Virus record (IMG/VR): IMGVR_UViG_3300022752_000082
Location: 1 to 57,128 of that record
Length of the DNA: 57,128 nucleotides
From: a virus
Taxonomy: Duplodnaviria > Caudoviricetes
Reading direction: 5' to 3' (one strand)
Shown: piece by piece, positions 43,873 to 57,128 of the stretch
Numbering within the stretch: the first letter of the stretch is position 1
Layout: each line of letters opens with the position of its first letter
Position numbers and translations under genes: made by a program
The notes under the pieces: model-generated
Seen by the model: the letters and a program-made list of their open reading frames with translations, nothing else
What the model was told of the DNA's origin: nothing
Database searches by the model: none

Positions 43873-44511
43873 ATGACGCGAGCGATTATCGCCGCGGCCG
43901 GAGAATCTTTACGCTGGCAAGGCTACCGCGGCACGCCAAAGCACCTCACGGCTGTCAGCGGCGAGGTCTTGTTGCACCGGACGTGCAGGCAACTCACGCG
44001 CTACACAGATGACATCGTTGTCGTCGGACGCGACGAGCGATACGCGGTTCCCGGCACGCAGCTCTACCACCCACACAACGACCCAGCCTGGCTCGACCTC
44101 GGCAAGGTCCTCTCATCACGCGAACTTTGGGCAACCGCTGAAAGAACGGTCCTCCTGTTTGGTGACGTGTACTTCACCGACAATGCTGTCGCTCAAGTCA
44201 TGTCGTCGACAAAAGACTGGGTCTTCTTCCTCCGCCCCGGCCACTCGAGCGTTCACACCGGACGTCCCGAGGTGTTCGGCCTCGCGTTTGACCCGTCTGC
44301 CCACGCACTGCTTGACTCGAGGCTAGAGCTGCTTGTTAAGCACAAGGTCGCCCAGTCGCGTGGAGGTTGGTGCCTGTACCGGGACATGATCCGCCCGTCG
44401 TACGGAGATAGCTTCCGCAATGACCGGCATGTCAAGATTGACGACCTCACGACAGACCTTGACTACCCAAGTGATCTTGACTCGCTCGAGGCTGCTCTCG
44501 GCGTCTTTTAG
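43873..44511 (+). CDS. NTP-transferase (nucleotidyltransferase) family protein
   Basis: AIIAAAG.S.RW....PKHL..V.GE.LL, LFGDVYF, DLDYPSD. Confidence 0.75.
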   Translation: MTRAIIAAAGESLRWQGYRGTPKHLTAVSGEVLLHRTCRQLTRYTDDIVVVGRDERYAVPGTQLYHPHNDPAWLDLGKVLSSRELWATAERTVLLFGDVYFTDNAVAQVMSSTKDWVFFLRPGHSSVHTGRPEVFGLAFDPSAHALLDSRLELLVKHKVAQSRGGWCLYRDMIRPSYGDSFRNDRHVKIDDLTTDLDYPSDLDSLEAALGVF

Positions 44512-44568
44512 TGCTTTCTTAGTCGCCGCGGGAAAGAGGGTTTTTCCGTTGCTGCGTAAGGCTTTCGC

Positions 44569-44596
44569 TGTATAATCTAAATGTTAGGTTTATACA
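44569..44596. promoter_or_regulatory. 28-bp imperfect palindrome upstream of the recombinase (res-site/operator candidate)
   Basis: TGTATAA-TCTAAATGTTAGGT-TTATACA; overlaps a TATAAT. Confidence 0.5.
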
Positions 44597-44626
44597 CGGA
44601 ACTTGTACAATATAGAGGTCTAGCCT

Positions 44627-45349
44627 ATGCCAGCAAAAGGAAAGAAAGTCGCAACTAGGGTAGAGCACGCCTTGCTGTACACAAGGGTGTCGACACAGAT
44701 GCAGGCACACGACGGACTTTCGCTGGATGCGCAAGAGCGCGAGCTCCGCCGCGCCGCCGAGCTAGCCGGGTTCTCGTCGATGGAGCTTGTCAAAGAGGCA
44801 GGCAGATCAGGCAAGAGCATCTCTGGTCGACCGGCGCTTCGCGACGCGCTTGACCGGCTGGACGCCGGCTCGGCCACGGCCATGTTTGTCACCCGGGTCG
44901 ACCGCCTCGCCCGCTCAACCCAGGACTTCCTGTCGATCATCGACCGGGCCAACAAGAACGACTGGCGGATCGTCCTCCTCGACCTCAACCTCGATACGTC
45001 GACCTACCAGGGCCGGTTCGTCGTCACGATCATGAGTGCCCTGGCCGAGATGGAGCGCAACATCATCGCCGAGCGCCAGCGTGACGTCCACAAGGACCGC
45101 CGCGCTCAAGGGAAGCGCTGGGGGATCGACCTCGGCCCCAAGCCAGAGGTTGCCGACGAGGTCCGTGACAGGATCCTCCGCGAGCGCGCCGCCGGCCTGT
45201 CGTTTCACGAGATCGCACGGAGGCTTAACGCCGAGAAGGTCGAGTCAAGCCGCGGCAAGCAGTGGTACGCGATGACTGTCAAGAACGTCGTCGAGCAGGT
45301 TCGACGGTCTGGGTTGGCCGGACCGGAGGAGCCAACTCTCTCAGATTAG
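44627..45349 (+). CDS. Serine recombinase (resolvase domain plus short recombinase/HTH domain)
   Basis: YTRVST catalytic Ser, SGKS...RPAL, VTRVDRLARS, AEMER..I.ER; C-terminal GLS..EIARRLN...W...TV. Confidence 0.92.
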   Translation: MPAKGKKVATRVEHALLYTRVSTQMQAHDGLSLDAQERELRRAAELAGFSSMELVKEAGRSGKSISGRPALRDALDRLDAGSATAMFVTRVDRLARSTQDFLSIIDRANKNDWRIVLLDLNLDTSTYQGRFVVTIMSALAEMERNIIAERQRDVHKDRRAQGKRWGIDLGPKPEVADEVRDRILRERAAGLSFHEIARRLNAEKVESSRGKQWYAMTVKNVVEQVRRSGLAGPEEPTLSD

Positions 45350-45400
45350 CTCAACTCCGGCCCGGCCGGGTTTGACGCGGATCTTCGCTTCCGCGCCAAA

Positions 45401-48031
45401 TCACCTGGCGAATCTTGTCGCGATTCCCCAGTCTACCTCTCCTGTCGGCACAGCTCGCGGGACGAGCTGCCTACCAGAGATCTGGGCCCGTGACCCAAGT
45501 CCCTCGATCTTTTCGCCGCGGTCCGACAGCTTGCGTTGAAACGCGATCTGCGTCATCGGCTTTTCGCCACGCTCCTCGCTCCACACGCGGTAGATCGCGT
45601 ACAGCGACTTGACCGGCGTCGCGGTTCCCTCCGACTCGCGCGTCTCCTCGGCGAGGAAGAAACCGATGCGGTCTTCGTTCTTGCGGTACATCTCCGCCGC
45701 CTCGCTTACGGCCGTGCACCAGCCAAGCGCATCTCGAGCGCTCGAGCCGAGCAGCTTGATCGCTCCCTCGACGGCCCACGACAAGACAGCCGGCAGCGCG
45801 CCCTCAGGGTCAAAGATGTAGTGCTTGAGGTCAGGGTCTGGATTCTCAGGAACGTTCAGCAGCGGAACGGGCCGGATGCGGCGCCACATCGCGTCATCGG
45901 TGATGATCGGCCTGTGGTTTGTCGTTACCCACAGCTTGGCGCGCGACTGAAACGTAAACGGCTTTTCGCCTGGCGAGCGCGCCGAGATCTCAGACGAGCC
46001 TGTCAGCTTCTTGATCGCGTTTTCCTTGATGCGCTCTGACTCTGGAAGCTCATCGACCCAGACCATACGCCGGCCACGAAGCTCGGCCCAGTGGTACAGG
46101 TCCGAACCGTGCGACATTCCGTCTCCCTGCGCGAGGATGCTGGAGTCAAGCGGCCACGCATACTGCTGCGTGCCCATCGCCTTGACCAGCGCCTCGACCA
46201 GCGTGTTCTTGCCAGAGCCCGGCGGGCCGTAGACAAGAAACATGATGTCGTATGTCCGAAGTCCTGTCAGCGAATATCCAGCCGCGCGTTGAAGCCACTC
46301 TTGCAGCTCCTTGTCGCCACCCGTGACAAAGTCAATAAACTGCTCCCAGCGGACGTTGCGGATTCCGGGGTTGTAGCCGACAGGCGCACGCCGTGTGATG
46401 TACAGGTCAGGTCGGCCTTTTAGCAGCTCGCCGGTGCGGAGGTCGACGACGCCGTTTGCGACGCCGATGAGGTGTTCGTCTGAGTCCCAGTTTTCAACGC
46501 CGACGATGACACGCGGGTCTGATGTCGCACTCTGGATCGCACCTTCGATGCGCGCATTTGACTTCGCCTGCTGCGCCCACTTGATCACCTCAGACTGCTT
46601 GTCAGCGTCGTCATAGTAGTGCGTCACCTCGCTCGCGATGATCGGCGCGATCTTCTTGGCGAGCTCCTGCATCTCGAGGTTTTCAACGTCTGGCTTCCAG
46701 TAGCTTCCGTTCCAGTGAAACCAGCCAAGGCCAGGGGTGTAGCGGACGGCCGCGCCGAAAGAGTCAACAAGCCGCCGGCCGTTGCCGGTGTCTGTAAGCG
46801 TGCGCTTGCCGGGCTCTCCGCCGTCACCCTCGCTAAGCGCGTCGGGGTCGAGCGGAACATCGATGTTCGAGAGGCTGCTCGCGGACGCAAGCGAGTCTCC
46901 GTCCTCGACCGCAGCCGCGATGATTCCGCCGATTGTTCCTGGAAGCGTGGATGACGCCGGCTGAGTTGACTTGATGCTATCAGCAGTTTTCTTCGACTGC
47001 GCGAGGAGCGCGTGCGACTCTTCCTGAGACCGCTTTGCCCACTCTTGAAGCCCGGGCCAGATCTTTTCGGTCCGTGGGTTATCGACGACAAATTGGATCG
47101 CTCGACGGACGTGCATGAGCAGCCCGCCTGGACCTTCAAGCGGCAGTGGCGGACGAACCTTCTCGGCGTTAAACCGAATCATCATCGTCTCGACAGCAAG
47201 CCTGCCCGCCTCGGTGTTGACCGGAAACTTGTTTGCCAGCGCGCACGTCATCGAGTAGATGTCGACAGCTCGCGATCCCTCGTCGATGCCTTCTTCAAGC
47301 AGTCGGTCGATGTCGATGCGCTCACCAGCAAAGTCAAGCTCATTAAGAAACGTCCAGTCTCCTTGACCGACATCAGTGCCAGACCTGCGGTTGCGCTTGC
47401 GAAGAGCGTTAAGTAGCTCTTCTGGAGCCTGTGCCATCTCGGTCTCCCACGGAGCCTTGCCCAGGGCCCAGTTGTAGCAGACGCCAGAGAAGTGGCGCGA
47501 CGGCGCGATAAGTACATATCCGTTGTGCTTGATGTCGATCCCGTTGAGCCCAGACTTCTTGAGGTTGCCTAGTAGAACTTCTGACGGGTCACACCGGTAG
47601 AAGAGGTGACGACCTCGTATAGATCTACCGCCGATAGAGTACTGCCCGGTTATCGCCTCGACCGTCGGCGGAAGAGCTCCGTCAACAAGTGACTCAAACT
47701 TCTCGAAAGAGTCAGGCCCACCCGACCGCGGGTCAATGTCGATGACAAAGAACCCGCTTGGGCGACAGTACACGGCGATGTTGTTTTCAGAGAGCTCTCC
47801 AGACTCGGGCCACCACTGCTGGACGGTATTTTCGTCTGGAGTCGCCTGCGCATTCCACTCCTTGACTCGCGGATGCTTGCCGACGTCTTTTGGCTCAGGG
47901 TGCGAGCTGCCGCATGTGCACCGGCCGTTGATGATGCCGTAGCACGGCAAAATGTGCCAACCCTGCCGGGCGTACCAAAGCGCGGCGTTGCCTAAGCGAC
48001 CAGAGGCTGATTCCCAATCCGTCATTTGCAT
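45401..48031 (-). CDS. Bifunctional primase-polymerase fused to a D5/P4-type SF3 helicase
   Basis: CTC...GKHP, VIDIDP, GRHLFY, GYVLIAPS.H; TDTGN, GPPGSGKNT, KKLTG, AMWRRI. Confidence 0.92.
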   Translation of the reverse strand: MQMTDWESASGRLGNAALWYARQGWHILPCYGIINGRCTCGSSHPEPKDVGKHPRVKEWNAQATPDENTVQQWWPESGELSENNIAVYCRPSGFFVIDIDPRSGGPDSFEKFESLVDGALPPTVEAITGQYSIGGRSIRGRHLFYRCDPSEVLLGNLKKSGLNGIDIKHNGYVLIAPSRHFSGVCYNWALGKAPWETEMAQAPEELLNALRKRNRRSGTDVGQGDWTFLNELDFAGERIDIDRLLEEGIDEGSRAVDIYSMTCALANKFPVNTEAGRLAVETMMIRFNAEKVRPPLPLEGPGGLLMHVRRAIQFVVDNPRTEKIWPGLQEWAKRSQEESHALLAQSKKTADSIKSTQPASSTLPGTIGGIIAAAVEDGDSLASASSLSNIDVPLDPDALSEGDGGEPGKRTLTDTGNGRRLVDSFGAAVRYTPGLGWFHWNGSYWKPDVENLEMQELAKKIAPIIASEVTHYYDDADKQSEVIKWAQQAKSNARIEGAIQSATSDPRVIVGVENWDSDEHLIGVANGVVDLRTGELLKGRPDLYITRRAPVGYNPGIRNVRWEQFIDFVTGGDKELQEWLQRAAGYSLTGLRTYDIMFLVYGPPGSGKNTLVEALVKAMGTQQYAWPLDSSILAQGDGMSHGSDLYHWAELRGRRMVWVDELPESERIKENAIKKLTGSSEISARSPGEKPFTFQSRAKLWVTTNHRPIITDDAMWRRIRPVPLLNVPENPDPDLKHYIFDPEGALPAVLSWAVEGAIKLLGSSARDALGWCTAVSEAAEMYRKNEDRIGFFLAEETRESEGTATPVKSLYAIYRVWSEERGEKPMTQIAFQRKLSDRGEKIEGLGSRAQISGRQLVPRAVPTGEVDWGIATRFAR

Positions 48032-48224
48032 GTTTTCTTTCGTTGAGAGAGTTTTTCATCCGCCGAAGTGCGGGAGGCAACTATAACACAGGTTGCTGCC
48101 AAACATGCGGACATCTAAGAAACTTTTTAAGAACATACAAAAGATATCACTCATGGCATTGCAATGTGATATTGTATGATACGGAGATTAGTATAGTAGC
48201 CACAACACGGAGAGGTCCAACATA

Positions 48225-48473
48225 GTGGGCGAGCTTCTTAACCAGATCAAGACAGAAAAGGTTCGTCACGGCAAAAAGTCAAGACTTGCCGACATCCTTG
48301 AAAAGCTGCCAAAAGACCAGCGAAAAGACTTCATCGCCGCGCTCGACGACCACTCGATCTCGGCGTCAAAGATATGCAAGGTCATGGCGCGCCACGGCCA
48401 CAAGATCACACCCGAGATAGTTTCACGGTACCGCCGCGGCCACCTAAGGACGGACCTCCATGAAGTTCAATGA
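48225..48473 (+). CDS. Small HTH-like protein
   Basis: GGAGAGG RBS; ISASKICKVMARHG..I...VSRYRRG. Confidence 0.65.
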   Translation: MGELLNQIKTEKVRHGKKSRLADILEKLPKDQRKDFIAALDDHSISASKICKVMARHGHKITPEIVSRYRRGHLRTDLHEVQ

Positions 48474-49488
48474 CGAGATCAAGGCTCAAGACGAGATAGA
48501 CGAGCTGCGCAGGGCGCTCAAGCTCGCGCAGGCCGCGGAATACAAGGCAAAGCGCAAGAACGAAGAGATTGTCGAGGCGGTGTATGTCGCTGCACGCGAT
48601 GCCGCGCTCGCTGCCGGTAGGGGAAAGTCTCTTACCGTAAAGTCTGCGTCTCCGCAGCGGCAAAAGAAAGCTACAAAAGAAACCGCCGAGGTCGTGCTTG
48701 CGCACGCAACTGACTGGCAGCTCGGTAAGAAAACAGTGTCTTACGGCATAAAAACATGCGGCGACCGCATGTCGCAGTTTACCGAAAAAACAATACACCT
48801 CACAAACATCCAGCGCGCCGACCACCCCGTGGACGAGATGGTGCTGATGTTCGGCGGCGACATGGTCGAAGGAATCACGATCTTTCCAGGGCAGGCCTGG
48901 GAGGTCGAGGCGCATCTGTTTGAGCAGCTGTTTGAGGCCGCGCGCATCATGGAGATGATGGTCCGCACGTTTTCTGAGCACTACAGCAAGGTCAGCGTCG
49001 TGTGCGAGTTCGGCAACCACGGCCGACTTGGCCGCAAGGGCGAGCTGCCGGCGCACGACAACATCGACGCGATGGCGTACCGCATCGCGCAAGACAGGAC
49101 GCGTGACGTGAAAAACGTCACATGGCAGATGTCCAATGACTGGTATCAAATCGTGACGGTTGGAAGCTACAAGGCGCTCTTGGTCCACGGTGACGAAATA
49201 AAATCATTCGGTGGAAACACTCCTGCTTTCGGAATACTTCGCAAGGCCAACGCATGGGCGACTGGAGTGGTCGAGGACTTTCAAGACGTATATATGGGTC
49301 ACTGGCACACGCCGATGGCACTTACCATGGCTAACGGCGGGCGCGTCTTCGTGACAGGCTCGCCCGAGTCGCACAACGAATACGCTCGCGAGTTCATCGC
49401 GGCGGTCGGCAAGCCGTCGCAGCGCGTGCACTTCATCGACCCGTCGCGCGGGCGCGTCACGGCCGAGTACGTCGTCTGGCTTGACTAA
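48460..49488 (+). CDS. Calcineurin-like metallophosphoesterase/nuclease
   Basis: TDWQLGK, GGDMVEG, GNHGR, VHGD, MGHWH. Confidence 0.85.
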   Translation: MKFNDEIKAQDEIDELRRALKLAQAAEYKAKRKNEEIVEAVYVAARDAALAAGRGKSLTVKSASPQRQKKATKETAEVVLAHATDWQLGKKTVSYGIKTCGDRMSQFTEKTIHLTNIQRADHPVDEMVLMFGGDMVEGITIFPGQAWEVEAHLFEQLFEAARIMEMMVRTFSEHYSKVSVVCEFGNHGRLGRKGELPAHDNIDAMAYRIAQDRTRDVKNVTWQMSNDWYQIVTVGSYKALLVHGDEIKSFGGNTPAFGILRKANAWATGVVEDFQDVYMGHWHTPMALTMANGGRVFVTGSPESHNEYAREFIAAVGKPSQRVHFIDPSRGRVTAEYVVWLD

Positions 49489-49529
49489 AAGCTAAAATAG
49501 AAGACGCACGACGCGTGTAAGATACGCGC

Positions 49530-49922
49530 GTGCCACAGTCAAGAGGCCTAAAGAAGCAGTCAAAAAGCGGCGTGCTGTCTTCTGTCTCTGACAAGGTGGA
49601 AAAGTGCCTTGAAGACAACCAGCTCGAAGATCTCACCAGGACAGCCGCGGTTTGGTCCGCGATGCTTGACCTCGAGTCAACCATGCTTCCGTCTCAGGTT
49701 GCTGCGCTACTGTCAGTCTATAGCACTATCAGAGCGACAACACTTGTCGACGCAGAAGAGCACTGGACAGATGCCGCCGTGCTTTCAGTCGCCGCCGCTC
49801 ATGCAGACATTGCCGCAATATCGGCCAGCAAAGAGCTCAACATACAGCAGGATACGGATTTGCCTGATGCGCCGGCAAAGATCGGGTTTGCCTCAAGCAT
49901 TAGCAATCAACAGCAGTCTTAG
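49530..49922 (+). CDS. Hypothetical protein
   Basis: Fills the gap; W.A.L...V..L...HWTD. Confidence 0.55.
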   Translation: MPQSRGLKKQSKSGVLSSVSDKVEKCLEDNQLEDLTRTAAVWSAMLDLESTMLPSQVAALLSVYSTIRATTLVDAEEHWTDAAVLSVAAAHADIAAISASKELNIQQDTDLPDAPAKIGFASSISNQQQS

Positions 49923-49990
49923 ATGTTACTATCTCCTTCTAGGTTTCTAGCGACTCGCGCCCTAAAAACGCCTATCTGTACGGAGAATAA

Positions 49991-55084
<5,094 letters not shown>

Positions 55085-55143
55085 TATGCACAGGCGTTGT
55101 AGTATCTATAAAGTCCAAGCGCGCAATGTAGGCAGGTCTTACC

Positions 55144-57128
55144 GTGGCAATTAATTTTCCAAATAGCCCGTCTGTCAACGACACGCACACGGTCGGCAAC
55201 CGACGTTGGATCTGGACCGGCTCAACCTGGGACCTTGATAGAGACTACATCAACGACCTCGAGGACGTCAGTATCACGGGCCCTGCCAACGGCCAGCTTC
55301 TTGTCTACGACGGCACCGACTGGAAAAACGAGGTCATGCCGTCAAACGAGCCGATGGGCCATGAGGACATCACCGAGAGCACTATCTCGTTTAACAACGC
55401 ATCGCGCACGTTTACAATCACACCAACCGGCGCGTCGTTCACCGTGTGGGTGCAGGGTAAGCGATTTGTAAAGACGACGTCGCAGTCAGTCCAGGTGCCT
55501 AACAACACCGGTCTGTACTACATCTACTTTAACTCATCCGGAACCCTCGCGCAGAAGACAACGTACTTTACGTGGGACCAAGACGCTCCAACAGCTTATG
55601 TCTATTGGAATTCTGGAACTGGTGCGGCCTACTACGTTGCAGACGAGCGGCACGGAATCACTCTTGACTGGCAAACGCACGAGTATCTGCACCGCACACG
55701 GGGAGCAGTCATCGCGTCCGGCTTTGGTGCAACCGACTACACAATTACAGGCGACGGTTCACTCGATACTCACGCGCAGATCACTCTTACCGGTGGAACG
55801 TTCTTTGACGAAGACATGGAAATTGTCATTGTTGACGACCCAACACCGGCTGCAAATACATTTGAGCAGGATCTTACGATCGCTAAGATTCCGATGTTTT
55901 ACCACTCAGGTTCGACCGGAGCGTGGATAGCAGACACGGCGACAGAATTTCCGATGAAGCAGGGCGCGCTTCGTGCCCGCTACAACTTAAACACCGCCGG
56001 GACGTGGTCAACAGCCGACATCACGTCAAATGACTTCGGTATCACCTGGATCGTTGCGACAAACAACATCGGTAATCCAATCATCGGTATTCTTGGCCAA
56101 GAAAACTACAACACGATCGGCGCTGCCGAAGCGGCGTCGTGGGACGACCTTAACCTTACAAACTTTCCGTCTGTAGAGTTCCGCCCGCTGTACAAGGTCA
56201 TCTACCAGACAAACAACTCGTACGCGAGCACGCCGCACACGCGACTTCGTGGAGTCTGGGACCTCCGCCAGATCGGCGCGGTTGGCGCCGGATACACCGC
56301 AAACCCAGTATCAGACCACGGTCTGCTTTCTGGACTTGCTGATGATGATCACACGCAGTATCTCACGACTGGCCGACACGACGTCCATGACCACAGCACC
56401 GCACTCGGCACGGCGTCGCTCGGTGACCTGGGTGACGTCACGGTCACAGGTCCCGCCAACGGCGAGATCCTCCGCTACAACGGCACACAGTGGGTCAATG
56501 ACTCGTTCACACCGGTCGCAAACGCAAACCTCGCGGACCTCGCGGACGTCAACGTCACAGGCCCTTCTGGGCCGGTTGACGGTGAGTACCTGCGCTGGAA
56601 CGGCACCGCCTGGGTCAACGACGACATCGACCTCGGCGCTGACACGGTTGGCAACTACGTCGCCTCGGTCTCTGCTGGAACAGGCGTGTCGATCACCGGT
56701 CCGACAGGCGAGGGCGCGACGCCCACGATCTCCATCGGACAGGCCGTCGGTACAACTGATAACGTCACGTTCAACGACGTCATCGTCTCCGGTAACCTCA
56801 CCGTAAGCGGAACATCGACGACGCTCAACACCGAAAACCTCTATGTCGAGGACAACTTCGTCACTCTTAACTACGGCGCAACAGGCGCCGCCGCTCTTGA
56901 CGCAGGCATCGAGGTCGAGCGCGGCACCGACCCCAACGTTGCGATCCGCTGGAATGAAACGCAGAATTACTGGGAGTACACAAACGACGGCACAACGTAC
57001 TACCAGCTTCAACCAACCGGACCGACCGGACCGACCGGGGCGACAGGTGCAGCAAGCACTGTCACCGGTCCGACTGGTCCTCAGGGTGGCACGGGTCCAA
57101 CCGGCGCAACAGGCGACACCGGTCCGAC
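55144..57128 (+). CDS. Tail-fibre/collagen-like protein, 3'-truncated by the window (not in ORF track)
   Basis: GTG start, MAINFPNSPSVNDTHTVGNRRWIWTGSTW; repeats L.DV..TGP.NG..L.Y.G..W.N; reading frame agrees with the GPTGPT collagen at 57016+. Confidence 0.85.
   Translation, partial: MAINFPNSPSVNDTHTVGNRRWIWTGSTWDLDRDYINDLEDVSITGPANGQLLVYDGTDWKNEVMPSNEPMGHEDITESTISFNNASRTFTITPTGASFTVWVQGKRFVKTTSQSVQVPNNTGLYYIYFNSSGTLAQKTTYFTWDQDAPTAYVYWNSGTGAAYYVADERHGITLDWQTHEYLHRTRGAVIASGFGATDYTITGDGSLDTHAQITLTGGTFFDEDMEIVIVDDPTPAANTFEQDLTIAKIPMFYHSGSTGAWIADTATEFPMKQGALRARYNLNTAGTWSTADITSNDFGITWIVATNNIGNPIIGILGQENYNTIGAAEAASWDDLNLTNFPSVEFRPLYKVIYQTNNSYASTPHTRLRGVWDLRQIGAVGAGYTANPVSDHGLLSGLADDDHTQYLTTGRHDVHDHSTALGTASLGDLGDVTVTGPANGEILRYNGTQWVNDSFTPVANANLADLADVNVTGPSGPVDGEYLRWNGTAWVNDDIDLGADTVGNYVASVSAGTGVSITGPTGEGATPTISIGQAVGTTDNVTFNDVIVSGNLTVSGTSTTLNTENLYVEDNFVTLNYGATGAAALDAGIEVERGTDPNVAIRWNETQNYWEYTNDGTTYYQLQPTGPTGPTGATGAASTVTGPTGPQGGTGPTGATGDTGP

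Overview
Fragment of a large, GC-rich tailed-phage genome (or prophage). The host is probably actinobacterial, inferred from WhiB, DUF3039, Nei-type glycosylase and leaderless starts. Left part (~2.8-26.7 kb): a dense array of ~55 mostly small, almost all minus-strand genes, cut into one- to few-gene modules by ~36 copies of one ~25-bp motif (sense consensus TTTCTAAAAGTGTTATAAT(A/G)GA(A/C)TC). The motif is an extended -10 promoter with an unusual conserved TTTCTA box. It is usually followed either by a leaderless ATG or by a short stem-loop plus a CCGAA(A/G)GGACA ribosome-binding site. It also supplies the stop codon of at least 8 upstream genes, and identical leaders sit in front of unrelated genes, which suggests a shufflable gene-cassette array. 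The array carries WhiB, an HslV/proteasome-beta-like protease, a MoxR AAA + VWA pair, WGR-like paralogs, an SLT and a LysM protein. A second asymmetric motif (CCCGTCTGCA[C]) occurs about 11 times on one strand, including inside genes in all three reading frames. Other content: terminase large subunit, methyltransferase, tRNA-Thr(UGU), glycosyltransferase, a large Thr-rich surface protein with microsatellites, a subtilase, ferredoxin, TauD-like dioxygenase, class II RNR, Fpg/Nei, a lysis module, a serine recombinase, primase-helicase, a metallophosphoesterase and collagen-like fibre genes (the last runs off the window). All calls come from reading motifs by eye; no database search was run.
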